Shown piece after piece: positions 9,137 to 19,014 of a stretch of DNA of 64,000 bases. Where the stretch lies: contig OY762825.2 of the NCBI GenBank assembly GCA_963666425.2, forward strand, positions 1,824,001 to 1,888,000. Reading direction: 5' to 3'. A program made the position numbers and the translations under genes. The notes under the pieces were generated by a model. It was not told the DNA's origin and did not search any database. It saw only the letters and a list, made by a program, of their open reading frames with translations. This DNA is from Bacillota bacterium. GTDB lineage: Bacteria > Bacillota > JAAYKD01. Position 1 is the stretch's first letter, and each line of letters begins with the position of its first letter.

Positions 9137-9505
9137 GTGCAAATCAATTTCGAATCGGCGAAACCAATCTTTCTTCAGATTGCAGATGGATTAGAAGATG
9201 CAATTCTGGCCGGAGCATTTGCCGAAGAAGAACAGATTCCATCGATTACCGAGCTGGCGGTTGGCCTAAAAATCAACCCTGCCACCGCTTTGAAAGGAAT
9301 CAATCTTCTGGTTGACAATGGTATCGTCTATAAAAAGAGAGGTGTCGGTATGTTTGTTGCAACAGGTGCGATGGAGAAACTAAGGCAAAAACGAAAAGAT
9401 GAATTTTTCGAACACTATATTCTAGACTTGATCGCTGAAGCAAAATGTTTGGGTCTGACAGCGCAGGATATTAAGTCGATGATAGAAAGAGGGTTTATCG
9501 CGTGA
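9137..9505 (+). CDS. GntR-family regulator, YtrA subfamily
   Basis: KPIFLQIA...QIPSITELA..LKINPATA...KKRGVGMFV; 122 aa; heads an ABC operon. Confidence 0.92.
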   Translation: MQINFESAKPIFLQIADGLEDAILAGAFAEEEQIPSITELAVGLKINPATALKGINLLVDNGIVYKKRGVGMFVATGAMEKLRQKRKDEFFEHYILDLIAEAKCLGLTAQDIKSMIERGFIA

Positions 9506-10350
9506 ATAGCATCGAAGTAAAGAATATATCAAAGAATTATGGCGCAGTGTGCGCGCTCGATCAGGTCAACCTGCGTTTTGAAGAGAATAAAATCTATGGT
9601 CTTTTCGGCCGCAACGGAGCGGGGAAAACGACCCTGCTGAATATTATCACCGGCCGTATTTTCGCGGATCACGGTGAAGTGACCGTTAATGGGGAGATCG
9701 CTCTGGAAAATGATGCGGCTCTGCAAAAAATGTATCTTGCCAGTGAGGCGACCTTGTATCCGGAAGGGATGAAAGTAAAAGAAGCATTCCGGTGGTCACA
9801 ATGCTTTTATGCTAATTTCGATCCGGTCTATGCTGAAAAAACAGCAGCCCGGTTTGGCTTAGACTGCAGCAAGAAAATCAAAACTTTGTCTACCGGTTTC
9901 AATTCAATTTTTAAACTGGTGATTGCACTTTCTGTTAATACACCGTACCTTTTGTTTGATGAACCGATCCTTGGTTTGGATGCCAACAACCGTGACCTGT
10001 TTTATCGCTTGTTAATTGAAAAATTTAGTGTTACGCCCTGCACGATTATTATTTCAACGCATTTGATCGATGAGGTGGCTTCGGTTGTCGGTGAAGTTGT
10101 GATCATCAAAAATGGCACGATCATTCGCAATGAATCATGTGAAGCTTTGTTGGCGCAAGGGTATACCGCTTCCGGTCCGGCCGGCGTGATGGATCTATTC
10201 TTAAGTGATAAAAAGGTGCTTGGCTGTGATGTCCTGGGTGGCTTGAAGACCGCTTATATTTTAGGTGAAAAAGGCGGTAATCTGCCAAAGGGCATCGAGA
10301 TTAGCAAGCTGGATTTACAGAAGCTGTTTATCCAATTAACAAATTCATAG
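9502..10350 (+). CDS. ABC transporter ATP-binding protein
   Basis: Walker A GRNGAGKTT, signature LSTG, Walker B LLFDEP, H-loop STH. Confidence 0.95.
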   Translation: MNSIEVKNISKNYGAVCALDQVNLRFEENKIYGLFGRNGAGKTTLLNIITGRIFADHGEVTVNGEIALENDAALQKMYLASEATLYPEGMKVKEAFRWSQCFYANFDPVYAEKTAARFGLDCSKKIKTLSTGFNSIFKLVIALSVNTPYLLFDEPILGLDANNRDLFYRLLIEKFSVTPCTIIISTHLIDEVASVVGEVVIIKNGTIIRNESCEALLAQGYTASGPAGVMDLFLSDKKVLGCDVLGGLKTAYILGEKGGNLPKGIEISKLDLQKLFIQLTNS

Positions 10351-10359
10351 GGGGTCTGA

Positions 10360-11115
10360 GTGATGAATTTAAAACCTGCATTCAAGTATCAGCTTGCTGA
10401 CCATAAGAGTTCTGTCATCATCTTCTATTTCTGTATCATGGCTGTAACGGCACTGTCCCTTATTTCGGTCATGCTGTCAACCTCAGCCAGTACAGCCATG
10501 TATGGCGGTCTGGAACTGGCAAGCGCGATTTTTCTCTTCGTTACCGGTTTGAATTCTTTTTCCGAACCGTTCCGGATGCTGATGCAGAATGGTGTTTCCA
10601 GAAGAAGTATCTTCAAATCCAGAGTTATGGTTTTTCTTGTCTTGGCTTTTGCCATGGCTATGATTGATAAAGTGATCAATTTAATCGGTCTTTCCATTGC
10701 GTCTCTCGTCGAGCGTTTTCATTGGTTTTCGCTGTATGAACAAATCTTTGTAGAACGGGCGGCGCGGATGAATGGTTTTACTTTAGCTTTGGAAAGCACT
10801 CTGTTCGATGCCTGTCTTTATCTGGCGGCACTGGGATTGGGTTATTTTATCACAATTATGTATTATCGCTTAAACAAAAACGGGAAAATAGCAGTCAGTG
10901 TCGGTGTGCCGGTTGGCTTGATGATTGGCCTGCCTTTATTGGAACGCTTTGTCACCGGCGGCAGGATCGGTTGGGCATTGTATCGGTTTATTTTCTTTGC
11001 TTTTGGCATTCGCACAGCGAATCCCTATGCTTCCATGACGACCTTTGCTATCTCTTTTCTTGTGTTGTGTGGTTTTGGCTGGCTGATGATGAGAAAAGCG
11101 GTTGTGAAATCCTAA
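10360..11115 (+). CDS. ABC-2-type permease
   Basis: About six hydrophobic helices, QNGVSRR motif, follows the ATPase. Confidence 0.8.
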   Translation: MMNLKPAFKYQLADHKSSVIIFYFCIMAVTALSLISVMLSTSASTAMYGGLELASAIFLFVTGLNSFSEPFRMLMQNGVSRRSIFKSRVMVFLVLAFAMAMIDKVINLIGLSIASLVERFHWFSLYEQIFVERAARMNGFTLALESTLFDACLYLAALGLGYFITIMYYRLNKNGKIAVSVGVPVGLMIGLPLLERFVTGGRIGWALYRFIFFAFGIRTANPYASMTTFAISFLVLCGFGWLMMRKAVVKS

Positions 11116-11192
11116 GCGTTGCCGTAAAAGTGCGCCTGCTTGCAATGCAAAGAACATGATGACGCCTAATCCCAAACAAAATTGTCTTTAAG

Positions 11193-11227
11193 AAACACCT
11201 GCCGCTCAAAAAACGGTAGGTGTTTTT
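11193..11227 (+). terminator. Rho-independent terminator
   Basis: AAACACCTGCCG / CGGTAGGTGTTT stem plus T-run. Confidence 0.8.
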
Positions 11228-11381
11228 GTCTTGGCGCAAAATCTTGATAAGTCGCTGTGACTGTGGTATAGTAAAGTGAAAATTCGATAATTTATCCATA
11301 GAAGAAGCAAATTGTGCAATCGGAACAGCTTCGCATCGCTTGATTGCCCTATGATCCTACGAGCAACGAGGTAAATGATAG

Positions 11382-12710
11382 ATGTCTCAATCCAAAGTCG
11401 CTCCCAGCGTTTTTCAGCAATTGCTTGGCTTTACCGTACCGCTGATCTTGACCGGTTTACTGCAGCAGCTTTATTCGATCACCGACTCGTTGATCCTCGG
11501 TAATTTTGTCGGGCAAAGTGCCTTGACTGCGGTGGGTAGCGCCAGCTCCCTGCTCAACGTTTTTCTGTTTGTCATTACGGGATTAGTGACCGGTTGCACC
11601 ATTATGGTTTCTCATGCTTTCGGTGCCAGAGATTACAAGGCGATCGGTCGTATTACGGTGACCTTCTCCGTTTTCCTGACGCTTGGAGGTATCATTGCAG
11701 GTGTGCTTGGCGCCTTGAGCAACCGCAGTCTGCTTGTGCTGTTGAATACGCCGGTTGAATTTCTGCAGGATGCGGTTGTATATTTGACGATCATGATGAT
11801 TGGGATGCCGTTTCTTGTTTTTTACAACTTGAGCAGTGCCGTGGTGCGCGGCATCGGAGACAGTAAGACGCCACTCTATGCTCTAATCATTACCAGCATC
11901 GTTAATATTAGCTTGAATCTGCTTTTCGTGCTGGGATTTCAGGCAGGAATTGCCGGCTCCGCTTGGGCAACGGTCTTATCACAGATGCTTTCTGCCTTCT
12001 TTTTGCTCTTAGTGCTGCGCAAAATGCTGCGGAACTTCCAATTTCAACCCTCCCTCGCTGCGATTGATTTGCCGATTTTTCGGGAAGGCCTTCGGCTCAG
12101 CCTGCCGCGTGTCTTGCTCTCTTTTATCTCCTCCGGCGGCAGCATGCTGCTGCAGAATGTCCGCAATGGATTGGGTTATGATGCCGTTACTGCAATCACG
12201 ACTGCTTATAAAATTGATACCTTGATCGTCTTGCCGGCAACCAATATCGCAACTGCCGTGACGATTTTTACCGGTCAAAGCCTAGGTGCTGCCGACCGTC
12301 AGCGAGCGGAAGAAGGATTAAAAAAAGGATTGCAGATTGTTCTGCTCTATACTGTGGTGGCAGCTGTGTTGTTGATCACAGTCGGCAGTTATGTACTTGG
12401 TTTTTTTGGGATTTCAGATCAAATTGTGGCACTCGGACAACGCTTTTTCTTGCTTTGTGCCTTGTTTTACCCTATTATGGGGATCAAAGAAGTGCTGTTA
12501 TCTTATCTGCAGGGCTGCAAGGATGTGACTTTTGTTTCTTTTTGCGCCATTGCAGCCTTGTTCGTCCGGGTGGGGCTTTCCTATCTCTTGGTGGATCGTT
12601 TGGGCTTTGATGTGATCGCGGTAGCAGAGATGGCAAGTTGGGTCTTTGCTGCTTGCCTTGCTTATAGGCGTTATCGCACGATGAAAAAGAGAGCAATCAA
12701 GCAATTCTAA
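11382..12710 (+). CDS. MATE family efflux transporter
   Basis: LLQQLYSITDSLILGNFVG, RGIGDSKTPL, VNISLN, GIAGSAWAT, GQSLGA; about 12 TM segments. Confidence 0.93.
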   Translation: MSQSKVAPSVFQQLLGFTVPLILTGLLQQLYSITDSLILGNFVGQSALTAVGSASSLLNVFLFVITGLVTGCTIMVSHAFGARDYKAIGRITVTFSVFLTLGGIIAGVLGALSNRSLLVLLNTPVEFLQDAVVYLTIMMIGMPFLVFYNLSSAVVRGIGDSKTPLYALIITSIVNISLNLLFVLGFQAGIAGSAWATVLSQMLSAFFLLLVLRKMLRNFQFQPSLAAIDLPIFREGLRLSLPRVLLSFISSGGSMLLQNVRNGLGYDAVTAITTAYKIDTLIVLPATNIATAVTIFTGQSLGAADRQRAEEGLKKGLQIVLLYTVVAAVLLITVGSYVLGFFGISDQIVALGQRFFLLCALFYPIMGIKEVLLSYLQGCKDVTFVSFCAIAALFVRVGLSYLLVDRLGFDVIAVAEMASWVFAACLAYRRYRTMKKRAIKQF

Positions 12711-12861
12711 AAATGGACCAGAGAGAATGCAGTAAAACAGGCGCTCGAACGGGTCGGTCTGCTGTGCTGTCTTGATGATGTCGCTCGGCTGGGATGCGCC
12801 GGAGAGCACGTTCTTCACGGTTATGATGGACTTTATCAGAAAAAAAGGGAGGCTGCGGAAG

Positions 12862-13782
12862 ATGGAAAGAAAATTGAAAATTGCAGTGATTCAGGAAGCA
12901 CCGGTGTTGTTTGACCTGGAAAAGACGATGGAAAAGACGATTCAGCTCAGCCGGGAGGCTGCGGCAAGCGGAGCAAAACTGATTGTTTTTCCAGAAAGTT
13001 TTATCCCCTGCTACCCCAGAGGGTTGACCTTCGGTATGGTGATCGGCAGTCGGACCAGCGAAGCCAGAGAAGACTTCCAGAGATACTATGAGAATGCGGT
13101 GGCGGTACCCGGTCCGGATGTAGACAGATTGGCTGAACTAGCCAAAGAACTGCAGGTTTATCTCTCCATCGGCGTGACCGAAAAGAATGGCAACGGTTTG
13201 GATGGCACGCTGCATTGCAGTAATTTATTCTTTGGTCCCGAGGGTTATTTAGGGCGGCACAGAAAACTGAAACCGACCGCCGGAGAGCGGGTCATCTGGG
13301 GTGAGGATGACGGATCGACCATGACAGTGATCGATACACCTTATGGTAAAATGGGTTCTCTGATTTGTTGGGAGAATTATATGCCTTTGGCCAGGATGGC
13401 CATGTATTTGAAAGGTGTCAACCTTTATATCGTGCCAACTGCCGACCAGAGAGAAGTCTATCAAGCAACCTTGCGGCATATCGCCTTCGAAGGCAGATGT
13501 TTTGTGATTGCCAGCAATCAATATGTGGAAAAATCGATGTATCCCACCGATCTGAAATATTACAAGGATCTCGAAAGTCAACCGGAAGTGATGTGCCGAG
13601 GCGGCAGCTGCATCATCAATCCCTATGGTGAGTATGTGGCGGGACCGTTATTTGATCGGGCCGGCATCCTCACGGCTGAAGTTGATTTGGATCAAATCAG
13701 TCAGTCTAAATTCGATTGGGATCCGACCGGGCATTACAACCGTCCGGAGCTCTTTCAATTCAAAGTGAATGAGCAGCGCTAG
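12862..13782 (+). CDS. Nitrilase (carbon-nitrogen hydrolase family)
   Basis: Glu-Lys-Cys triad in FPES, HRKLKPT, ICWENYMPL; C-terminal DPTGHYNRPE; ATG 12862 after GGGAGG. Confidence 0.92.
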   Translation: MERKLKIAVIQEAPVLFDLEKTMEKTIQLSREAAASGAKLIVFPESFIPCYPRGLTFGMVIGSRTSEAREDFQRYYENAVAVPGPDVDRLAELAKELQVYLSIGVTEKNGNGLDGTLHCSNLFFGPEGYLGRHRKLKPTAGERVIWGEDDGSTMTVIDTPYGKMGSLICWENYMPLARMAMYLKGVNLYIVPTADQREVYQATLRHIAFEGRCFVIASNQYVEKSMYPTDLKYYKDLESQPEVMCRGGSCIINPYGEYVAGPLFDRAGILTAEVDLDQISQSKFDWDPTGHYNRPELFQFKVNEQR

Positions 13783-13794
13783 ATAAAAAATCAG

Positions 13795-13839
13795 AAGAGC
13801 ACCAATTGCCGATAAAATCAGCTGCATTGGTGCTCTTTT
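13795..13839. terminator. Bidirectional terminator
   Basis: AAGAGCACCAAT...ATTGGTGCTCTT between convergent genes. Confidence 0.8.
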
Positions 13840-13842
13840 GAT

Positions 13843-14343
13843 TTAGGCAGGCATTATTTTTTCCAGCAGGACCGAGCCATCGACCGGATCATCCGGGTGT
13901 TCAATGCGAAGAATGCGAAAACCGCATTTATCAATGTAAAAGTGATGATTTCGTTTTGAAAATAAAGGTGTTTCGGTATGCCATACCTTTGTCTTTGGGT
14001 AAGTTGCTTCTACCCAGTGCCAGACTTCGACGCCTAATCCTTGGTTCTGCCTATTTGTATCCAAAAATAGACAGCCCAGCCGATTGTCATCGGCTTTGTT
14101 GAGGCCGATCCATAAAATCACACATCCGACCGCTTGCCCTTCCAGCTCGATTTTGAAAGCGGTTGCCTGTGGATGCAGTGCCCATTTCCGTAGAAACTCA
14201 CCATTGTTGTAACCCGGAGGACCATCGTCTACCCCGCGATGGATCTGGGCATCATAATTGAAAGCGCGAGTCATGATTTCCGTCAGCGGTTCGATATCGC
14301 TTGCCTGAAAAGGGATCAATTCCAATCCTTGATATGGTTTCAT
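13843..14343 (-). CDS. GNAT family N-acetyltransferase
   Basis: GPPGY motif, QNQGLG AcCoA motif, TP.FSKRNHHFY.KCGF; ATG 14343 after GGAGG. Confidence 0.85.
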   Translation of the reverse strand: MKPYQGLELIPFQASDIEPLTEIMTRAFNYDAQIHRGVDDGPPGYNNGEFLRKWALHPQATAFKIELEGQAVGCVILWIGLNKADDNRLGCLFLDTNRQNQGLGVEVWHWVEATYPKTKVWHTETPLFSKRNHHFYIDKCGFRILRIEHPDDPVDGSVLLEKIMPA

Positions 14344-14389
14344 TTTTCCTCCATTTTTCTTTTTCACTTGTGTTTTTTAAGATTTTAGC

Positions 14390-15367
14390 TTACTTTTTCA
14401 AAGAAACCGGGTAAAGCAGATCAAGCTGATGTTCACTGTTGCTCGGCCAATTCGCATGGCAATTGTAGAGCCAATTCAAATGCTCTTCCAGCAGACCGTA
14501 CATACAGGCGCCATTGTCATCCAGACAAGCACTGCCGTATTTCTGGTTATCATTGTTTACCCATTCAGATAACCATTCCCATTCATGAAAATCACCCAAC
14601 TCAATCGTATGAGCAGCGTAGAGTCCACCCGGGAACTGCTTCTTTGTTAAGGGAGCGCTTACCTCCATCTCATCAGGGATTGTCACCCAAGTCTCATAGC
14701 CATATTCGGGTGAATGGAACGATGGATTGGGATGGTTGAAACCAAAGACGCGCGCATCCGGTTTGATTTCGTAAAGATGACTGTCGTTGACGAATTTTTC
14801 CAGCAGATCAGCGGAGTGCTGTTCTGGGTCGGGACCAAAAAAATGACTTGCCGCAACGGTTGCAGGAGCGAGCCAAATGATCCTGACATCATTGAGCTTT
14901 GTGAGAGGGGAACTGGGTTTTTCCATACTGATTTCCTCCTTAAAATTGATTCTGGAAAGAGGAACCGTATCGACGAGATCGAGTGAGACAGTATCACTGA
15001 ATCGGGCAAGAATGGTATCGGTATTGAAATCTTGCAGGATCATAGCCAGTATCATCCGCAAGGTGGTACGAATCTGATTCAGAGCCGCCACTTGATTGTC
15101 CATTTTATCGATGTTTTGTTGAAAAACAGCAATCAGTTCATCGAAATCATCACTTTTCAAAATAGTGTCAATTTGCTTGAGTGGAAGACAGAGTTTACGT
15201 AAAATGACAATGAACTGCAGACGCTTGATTGCGGTTTCATCGTAGACACGATAAGCATAATCATCAATTCTCTGACTTTCAATCAGACCAAGTTCTTCAT
15301 AATAGCGAAGCGCTCTGGTTGAGATAGCAAAAGCTTTGGATACCTGCGATATTGTGCTCAGTTTCAT
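14390..15367 (-). CDS. MerR-family regulator with GyrI-like effector domain
   Basis: TISQVSKAFAISTRALRYYEELGLI...YRVY HTH; C-terminal RVFGFNHP...GYETWVTIP...FPGGLYA. Confidence 0.92.
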   Translation of the reverse strand: MKLSTISQVSKAFAISTRALRYYEELGLIESQRIDDYAYRVYDETAIKRLQFIVILRKLCLPLKQIDTILKSDDFDELIAVFQQNIDKMDNQVAALNQIRTTLRMILAMILQDFNTDTILARFSDTVSLDLVDTVPLSRINFKEEISMEKPSSPLTKLNDVRIIWLAPATVAASHFFGPDPEQHSADLLEKFVNDSHLYEIKPDARVFGFNHPNPSFHSPEYGYETWVTIPDEMEVSAPLTKKQFPGGLYAAHTIELGDFHEWEWLSEWVNNDNQKYGSACLDDNGACMYGLLEEHLNWLYNCHANWPSNSEHQLDLLYPVSLKK

Positions 15368-15389
15368 CTTTCTTCCTCCTTCCATTTTT

Positions 15390-15420
15390 AGGATACAGCA
15401 CGACGCGACGTCAAAGTCAA
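15390..15420 (-). promoter_or_regulatory. MerR-type promoter with 19-bp spacer and internal dyad
   Basis: Minus strand TTGACT (15420-15415), 19-nt spacer containing GACG-TCG-CGTC, TATCCT (15395-15390). Confidence 0.8.
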
Positions 15421-15618
15421 GTATTTATACAAATATTCTCTATTTTTTTTCGAATCCCCTGCTTTGAGCGAAGCGGAAAAACTGAGCAATAGCCGGCGTT
15501 GATTGATCGGCAAAATTTAATGCATTAATTCTTGGAATAAATAGAAGATGGATGGGGTAGCGCAGAATATTCTATGAGGAATAATAGCATTTGAAAATTA
15601 CAGCACAAAAAGTATCAA

Positions 15619-15647
15619 TTGACGCTGCTCTGATATGAGAATATAAT
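15619..15647 (+). promoter_or_regulatory. Sigma-A promoter of the kdpDE-like pair
   Basis: TTGACG 15619-15624, 17 nt, TATAAT 15642-15647. Confidence 0.8.
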
Positions 15648-15730
15648 CAGGTTGATATAGAAAATAAAAATCAGACAAAAAGTACAGTTTTTTCTATCGA
15701 TCATTTTCATGGAAGGATTAGGACGATTGT

Positions 15731-17254
15731 ATGGCAGCACAACAGAAGAATTATAAAGATTTGCTCAATTTGCTTTATATGGGTGCTTATCTGGCCTTGG
15801 CTTCCTTGGTTGGCTATTTGTTTCGTTATATCCATTTTTCGGAAACGAATATTATTATGGTTTATCTGCTGGCGGTATTATTGACTGCGCGGCAAACCAG
15901 CGGCTATGCCTATGGTATCTTAGCTGCAATCATCGCAACTTTTGCTTTCAATTATTTCTTCACGGCACCTTATTTTACATTAGCCGTTTATGATCCGAAA
16001 TACCTGGTCACTTTTGTTGTTTTTATTATCACCGCAATGATTACCAGTGCCTTGACTTCTCATGTCAAGCAAAGCGCAATTAAAGCAAATGAAAAAGAAG
16101 CAGAAACAAAAGCGCTTTACCTGCTCACCGATCATTTAACGGATGCGGAAAACATGCATGATATTGCTGAAATCGCCGTCAAAATCATCAGTGATGTCAT
16201 GCAGTGTCAGGCAGGGTGTCTCTGCTTTGACGAAAATAGCCTGCCGGAGAAGAAATTCGTCCAGCAGATTTCCCCAGACGAACGCATCGATCGCGAGGTG
16301 GCCGAGCCGGAAGAATTGAGGCACCGGATCGAAGGTCTGCAAACAGATCGTGTCAACGGCAAGGAGTTTCAGGAATGGCTGATTTTTGGCCGGGATAATG
16401 TGCTTGGTTTGATCCGTATTCCTGTTCAACGCACGGAAGATCTGACCGAAGCACAGACACGATTGCTTCGCTCCATGATTGAAAGTATCGCTTTAGCCAT
16501 GGACCGATACCGCTCTGCGCAGCAAAGGCAGAAATACAGAGAAGCGACTGTACAGGAACGCTACCGAGGTAATTTGCTAAGGGCAATTTCTCATGATTTA
16601 CGCACTCCGTTGTCAGGAATCATGGGGACTGCTGAAATGCTGATGGATATGTCGAACGCAAATGATCCCCGGCATGATTTAGCAAAAGTGATTTATAATG
16701 ATGCGGATTGGCTGTATTCTTTGGTGGAAAATATCCTGAGTCTGACTCGTTTACAAGAAGGTAAATTGATTCTGAAAAAGCAGCTTGAGGCTGTTGAGGA
16801 AGTCATCGGAGGGGCGGTCCATCATATTAAGCAACACGCTCCGGAGCATGAAATCACAGTGAAAATCCCAGAGGAACTTTTACTTGTTCCCATGGATGCA
16901 AAATTAATCGAACAAGTTTTGATCAACTTATTGGATAATGCCGTAAAACACACCGCAAAAGAAAACGAAATCCAGATCACTGTTTTTCAGAATAAAGCTG
17001 CGAAAGAAGCGGTGTTTTCCGTGGCAGACCGAGGTGAAGGGATTGCACCCATCGATTTGCCGCATATCTTTCAAATGTTTTATACATCACAAACCAAGCA
17101 AGCAGATGCGAAGCATGGAATTGGTTTAGGTCTCTCCATCTGCGATGCGATCGTGAAAGCACATGGAGGAACGATTGAAGTTCATAACCGTTCTGACGGA
17201 ATCGGAGCGGAATTTATCTTTTCTTTGCCGATGGAGGTCAATCAAGATGGATAA
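15731..17254 (+). CDS. kdpD: KdpD-like sensor histidine kinase lacking the N-terminal KdpD and Usp domains
   Basis: Four-TM region NIIMVYLLAV...AFNYFFTAPYFTL, GAF-like region, H-box NLLRAISHDLRTPL, N-box NLLDNAVKH, DRGEGI and GIGLGLSIC; 507 aa. Confidence 0.85.
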   Translation: MAAQQKNYKDLLNLLYMGAYLALASLVGYLFRYIHFSETNIIMVYLLAVLLTARQTSGYAYGILAAIIATFAFNYFFTAPYFTLAVYDPKYLVTFVVFIITAMITSALTSHVKQSAIKANEKEAETKALYLLTDHLTDAENMHDIAEIAVKIISDVMQCQAGCLCFDENSLPEKKFVQQISPDERIDREVAEPEELRHRIEGLQTDRVNGKEFQEWLIFGRDNVLGLIRIPVQRTEDLTEAQTRLLRSMIESIALAMDRYRSAQQRQKYREATVQERYRGNLLRAISHDLRTPLSGIMGTAEMLMDMSNANDPRHDLAKVIYNDADWLYSLVENILSLTRLQEGKLILKKQLEAVEEVIGGAVHHIKQHAPEHEITVKIPEELLLVPMDAKLIEQVLINLLDNAVKHTAKENEIQITVFQNKAAKEAVFSVADRGEGIAPIDLPHIFQMFYTSQTKQADAKHGIGLGLSICDAIVKAHGGTIEVHNRSDGIGAEFIFSLPMEVNQDG

Positions 17255-17945
17255 TTTAGGAGCAAGAATTCTGGTAGTGGAGGATGACGCCCAGATCCGG
17301 AATTTTATCTGCTATGCGCTGCGCAGTGAAGGTTATCACTATATAAGTGAACACTCCGCGCAGGGAGCCTTGAGCATTCTCGTTTCCGAACCGGTAGATT
17401 TAATGCTGCTTGATCTTGGATTGCCTGATTTTGACGGCATGGATGTGATTAAAAAAGTACGTGAATGGTCTGAAATACCGATTATTGTGGTCTCAGCGCG
17501 GGATCAGGATAAAGAAAAAGCAGCCGCACTTGATCTGGGAGCGGATGATTATTTAACAAAACCTTTTTCTGCAACAGAGCTGCTGGCACGGATTCGCGTC
17601 GCTTTGCGTCATTTATATCAAAAAAATAAGAACCAGCAGCGTTGTTATTATCAAATTGGCGATTTGCGTATTGATTTGGATAAACATTTGGTGTTTTTAA
17701 AAGAAATTGAGATGCATACCACCCCAATGGAATATAGTCTTTTAGTTTTGTTCTTTAAAAACGCCGGAAAAGTTTTAACGACTGGGTTAATTATCAGAGA
17801 AATTTGGGGAACCGAATATGGCAGCGATACGCAGGCTTTAAGGACGCTGATGGCGGGATTACGAAGAAAAATTGAAACCGATCCGGCAAAACCACGCTAT
17901 ATCATGACAGAAATTGGTGTCGGTTACAGGCTGGTGGATGAGTGA
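17247..17945 (+). CDS. kdpE: KdpE-like OmpR-family response regulator
   Basis: ILVVEDD, LLDLGLPDFDG, ALDLGADDYLTKPF, LRRKIETDPAKPRYIMTEIGVGYR; ATG 17247 overlaps the kinase 3' end. Confidence 0.9.
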   Translation: MDNLGARILVVEDDAQIRNFICYALRSEGYHYISEHSAQGALSILVSEPVDLMLLDLGLPDFDGMDVIKKVREWSEIPIIVVSARDQDKEKAAALDLGADDYLTKPFSATELLARIRVALRHLYQKNKNQQRCYYQIGDLRIDLDKHLVFLKEIEMHTTPMEYSLLVLFFKNAGKVLTTGLIIREIWGTEYGSDTQALRTLMAGLRRKIETDPAKPRYIMTEIGVGYRLVDE

Positions 17946-17957
17946 GAAGCAACAACG

Positions 17958-17990
17958 AACCGCTTTGAGTGCAAATTCAAGGCGGTTTTG
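17958..17990 (+). terminator. Terminator after kdpE
   Basis: AACCGCTTTGA...TCAAGGCGGTTTTG. Confidence 0.75.
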
Positions 17991-18009
17991 TTCTGTACAA
18001 AACAGAATT

Positions 18010-18076
18010 CCCACACCATCCTCACAATAAAAACGCCACCCTCACACCATTCTCACAGTGAATTTGTTACTATAAT
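18010..18076 (+). promoter_or_regulatory. Two pairs of 11-bp-periodic C(C/T)CACA boxes plus a -10 element; putative KdpE-activated promoter
   Basis: CCCACA 18010 / CTCACA 18021 and CTCACA 18041 / CTCACA 18052; TATAAT 18071-18076; no consensus -35. Confidence 0.75.
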
Positions 18077-18154
18077 GTTAACAAGCGAGCGGATCTGAAA
18101 GCCGCTAACGGGGCATGAATACTTTTTCTGACATTTGATATGGAGGGCAATAAA

Positions 18155-18562
18155 ATGGAAAACGAGCACGAGGAAGAAGAAAGTCGAAAGCGGAAAGTTC
18201 TGTGCGATTCCTTTCGTGATTTGAGTGGAAAGCTGAATTATCCGGCCTGCGAACGCCTACTTCGTTCTGCCATGGCAGAAGATCCGCATTCTCCCGTTCC
18301 GCACAACCTGATGGGAGTGCTTTTGGAATACCAGAATGACCATCTCGCGGCGATGAAGCATTTTCGGGCGGCATGGGCACTCGAACCTACTTATCTTCCG
18401 GCCAGGCTGAATTTAGAGCATTACAGCAGTTTGACTCTGCGCGGACCCTATTTGATTGATGAAGGGGATTCTACAGCAGCAGAAAACAAAGATACTTACA
18501 AAATAGAATATGACGAACAGGGTATTGGACATGTTTTAAAAAGGCAAGGTGAATTAGATTGA
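18155..18562 (+). CDS. Small TPR-like protein
   Basis: AMAEDPHSPVPHNLMGVLLE...AAMKHFRAAWALEPTYLPARLNL is TPR-patterned; GGAGG RBS. Confidence 0.7.
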   Translation: MENEHEEEESRKRKVLCDSFRDLSGKLNYPACERLLRSAMAEDPHSPVPHNLMGVLLEYQNDHLAAMKHFRAAWALEPTYLPARLNLEHYSSLTLRGPYLIDEGDSTAAENKDTYKIEYDEQGIGHVLKRQGELD

Positions 18563-19014
18563 GAAACCAAGGAGTAAAGCCAGCCAAACAAGATTTCACG
18601 ATTATTGTTGGCTGTGGCTGTATGGGAGCTTGTTTTGCCAACGTTTTAGCAGAAAAGCAAAGAAGAGTTTTGGTTTTGGATCGGGAAGCAAAATCCTTGC
18701 TGAAATTATCCCCGACCTATAACGGAGCCACGATGGTTGGCGATGGCACCGATCTCGATCAATTACGTGAGATTGGGATGGAAGATGCCACATTTGTTTT
18801 GGTTTCCACCAATAGCGACACAGCGAATTTAATGATTGCTCAGATGGCAAAGGAAATTTTCCAAATAGAGCAAGTGATTGCGAAACTGAACGAATTGGAG
18901 TATGCCGAGGTTTATCGGGAATTCGGGATCAAAACCGTTGCTCCCAGCGCGTTGACAGCTGCGGCACTGATTCACTTGTTGGATTATCCTGAAAAGGAGC
19001 GGGTAATTGAATGA
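18559..19014 (+). CDS. trkA: TrkA-family protein, RCK_N domain only
   Basis: IIVGCGCMG, VLVLD, VGDGTD, TNSDTANL; 151 aa. Confidence 0.85.
   Translation: MRNQGVKPAKQDFTIIVGCGCMGACFANVLAEKQRRVLVLDREAKSLLKLSPTYNGATMVGDGTDLDQLREIGMEDATFVLVSTNSDTANLMIAQMAKEIFQIEQVIAKLNELEYAEVYREFGIKTVAPSALTAAALIHLLDYPEKERVIE

Noticed and set aside
15420-15730. Possible c-di-AMP (ydaO) riboswitch before kdpD
   Set aside because: GAATCC is present, but the other conserved elements are missing and it lies upstream of the promoter.
18010-18057. Short direct repeats as a mini-CRISPR
   Set aside because: Only two 17-bp units with a 14-bp gap and no cas genes; they fit response-regulator boxes.
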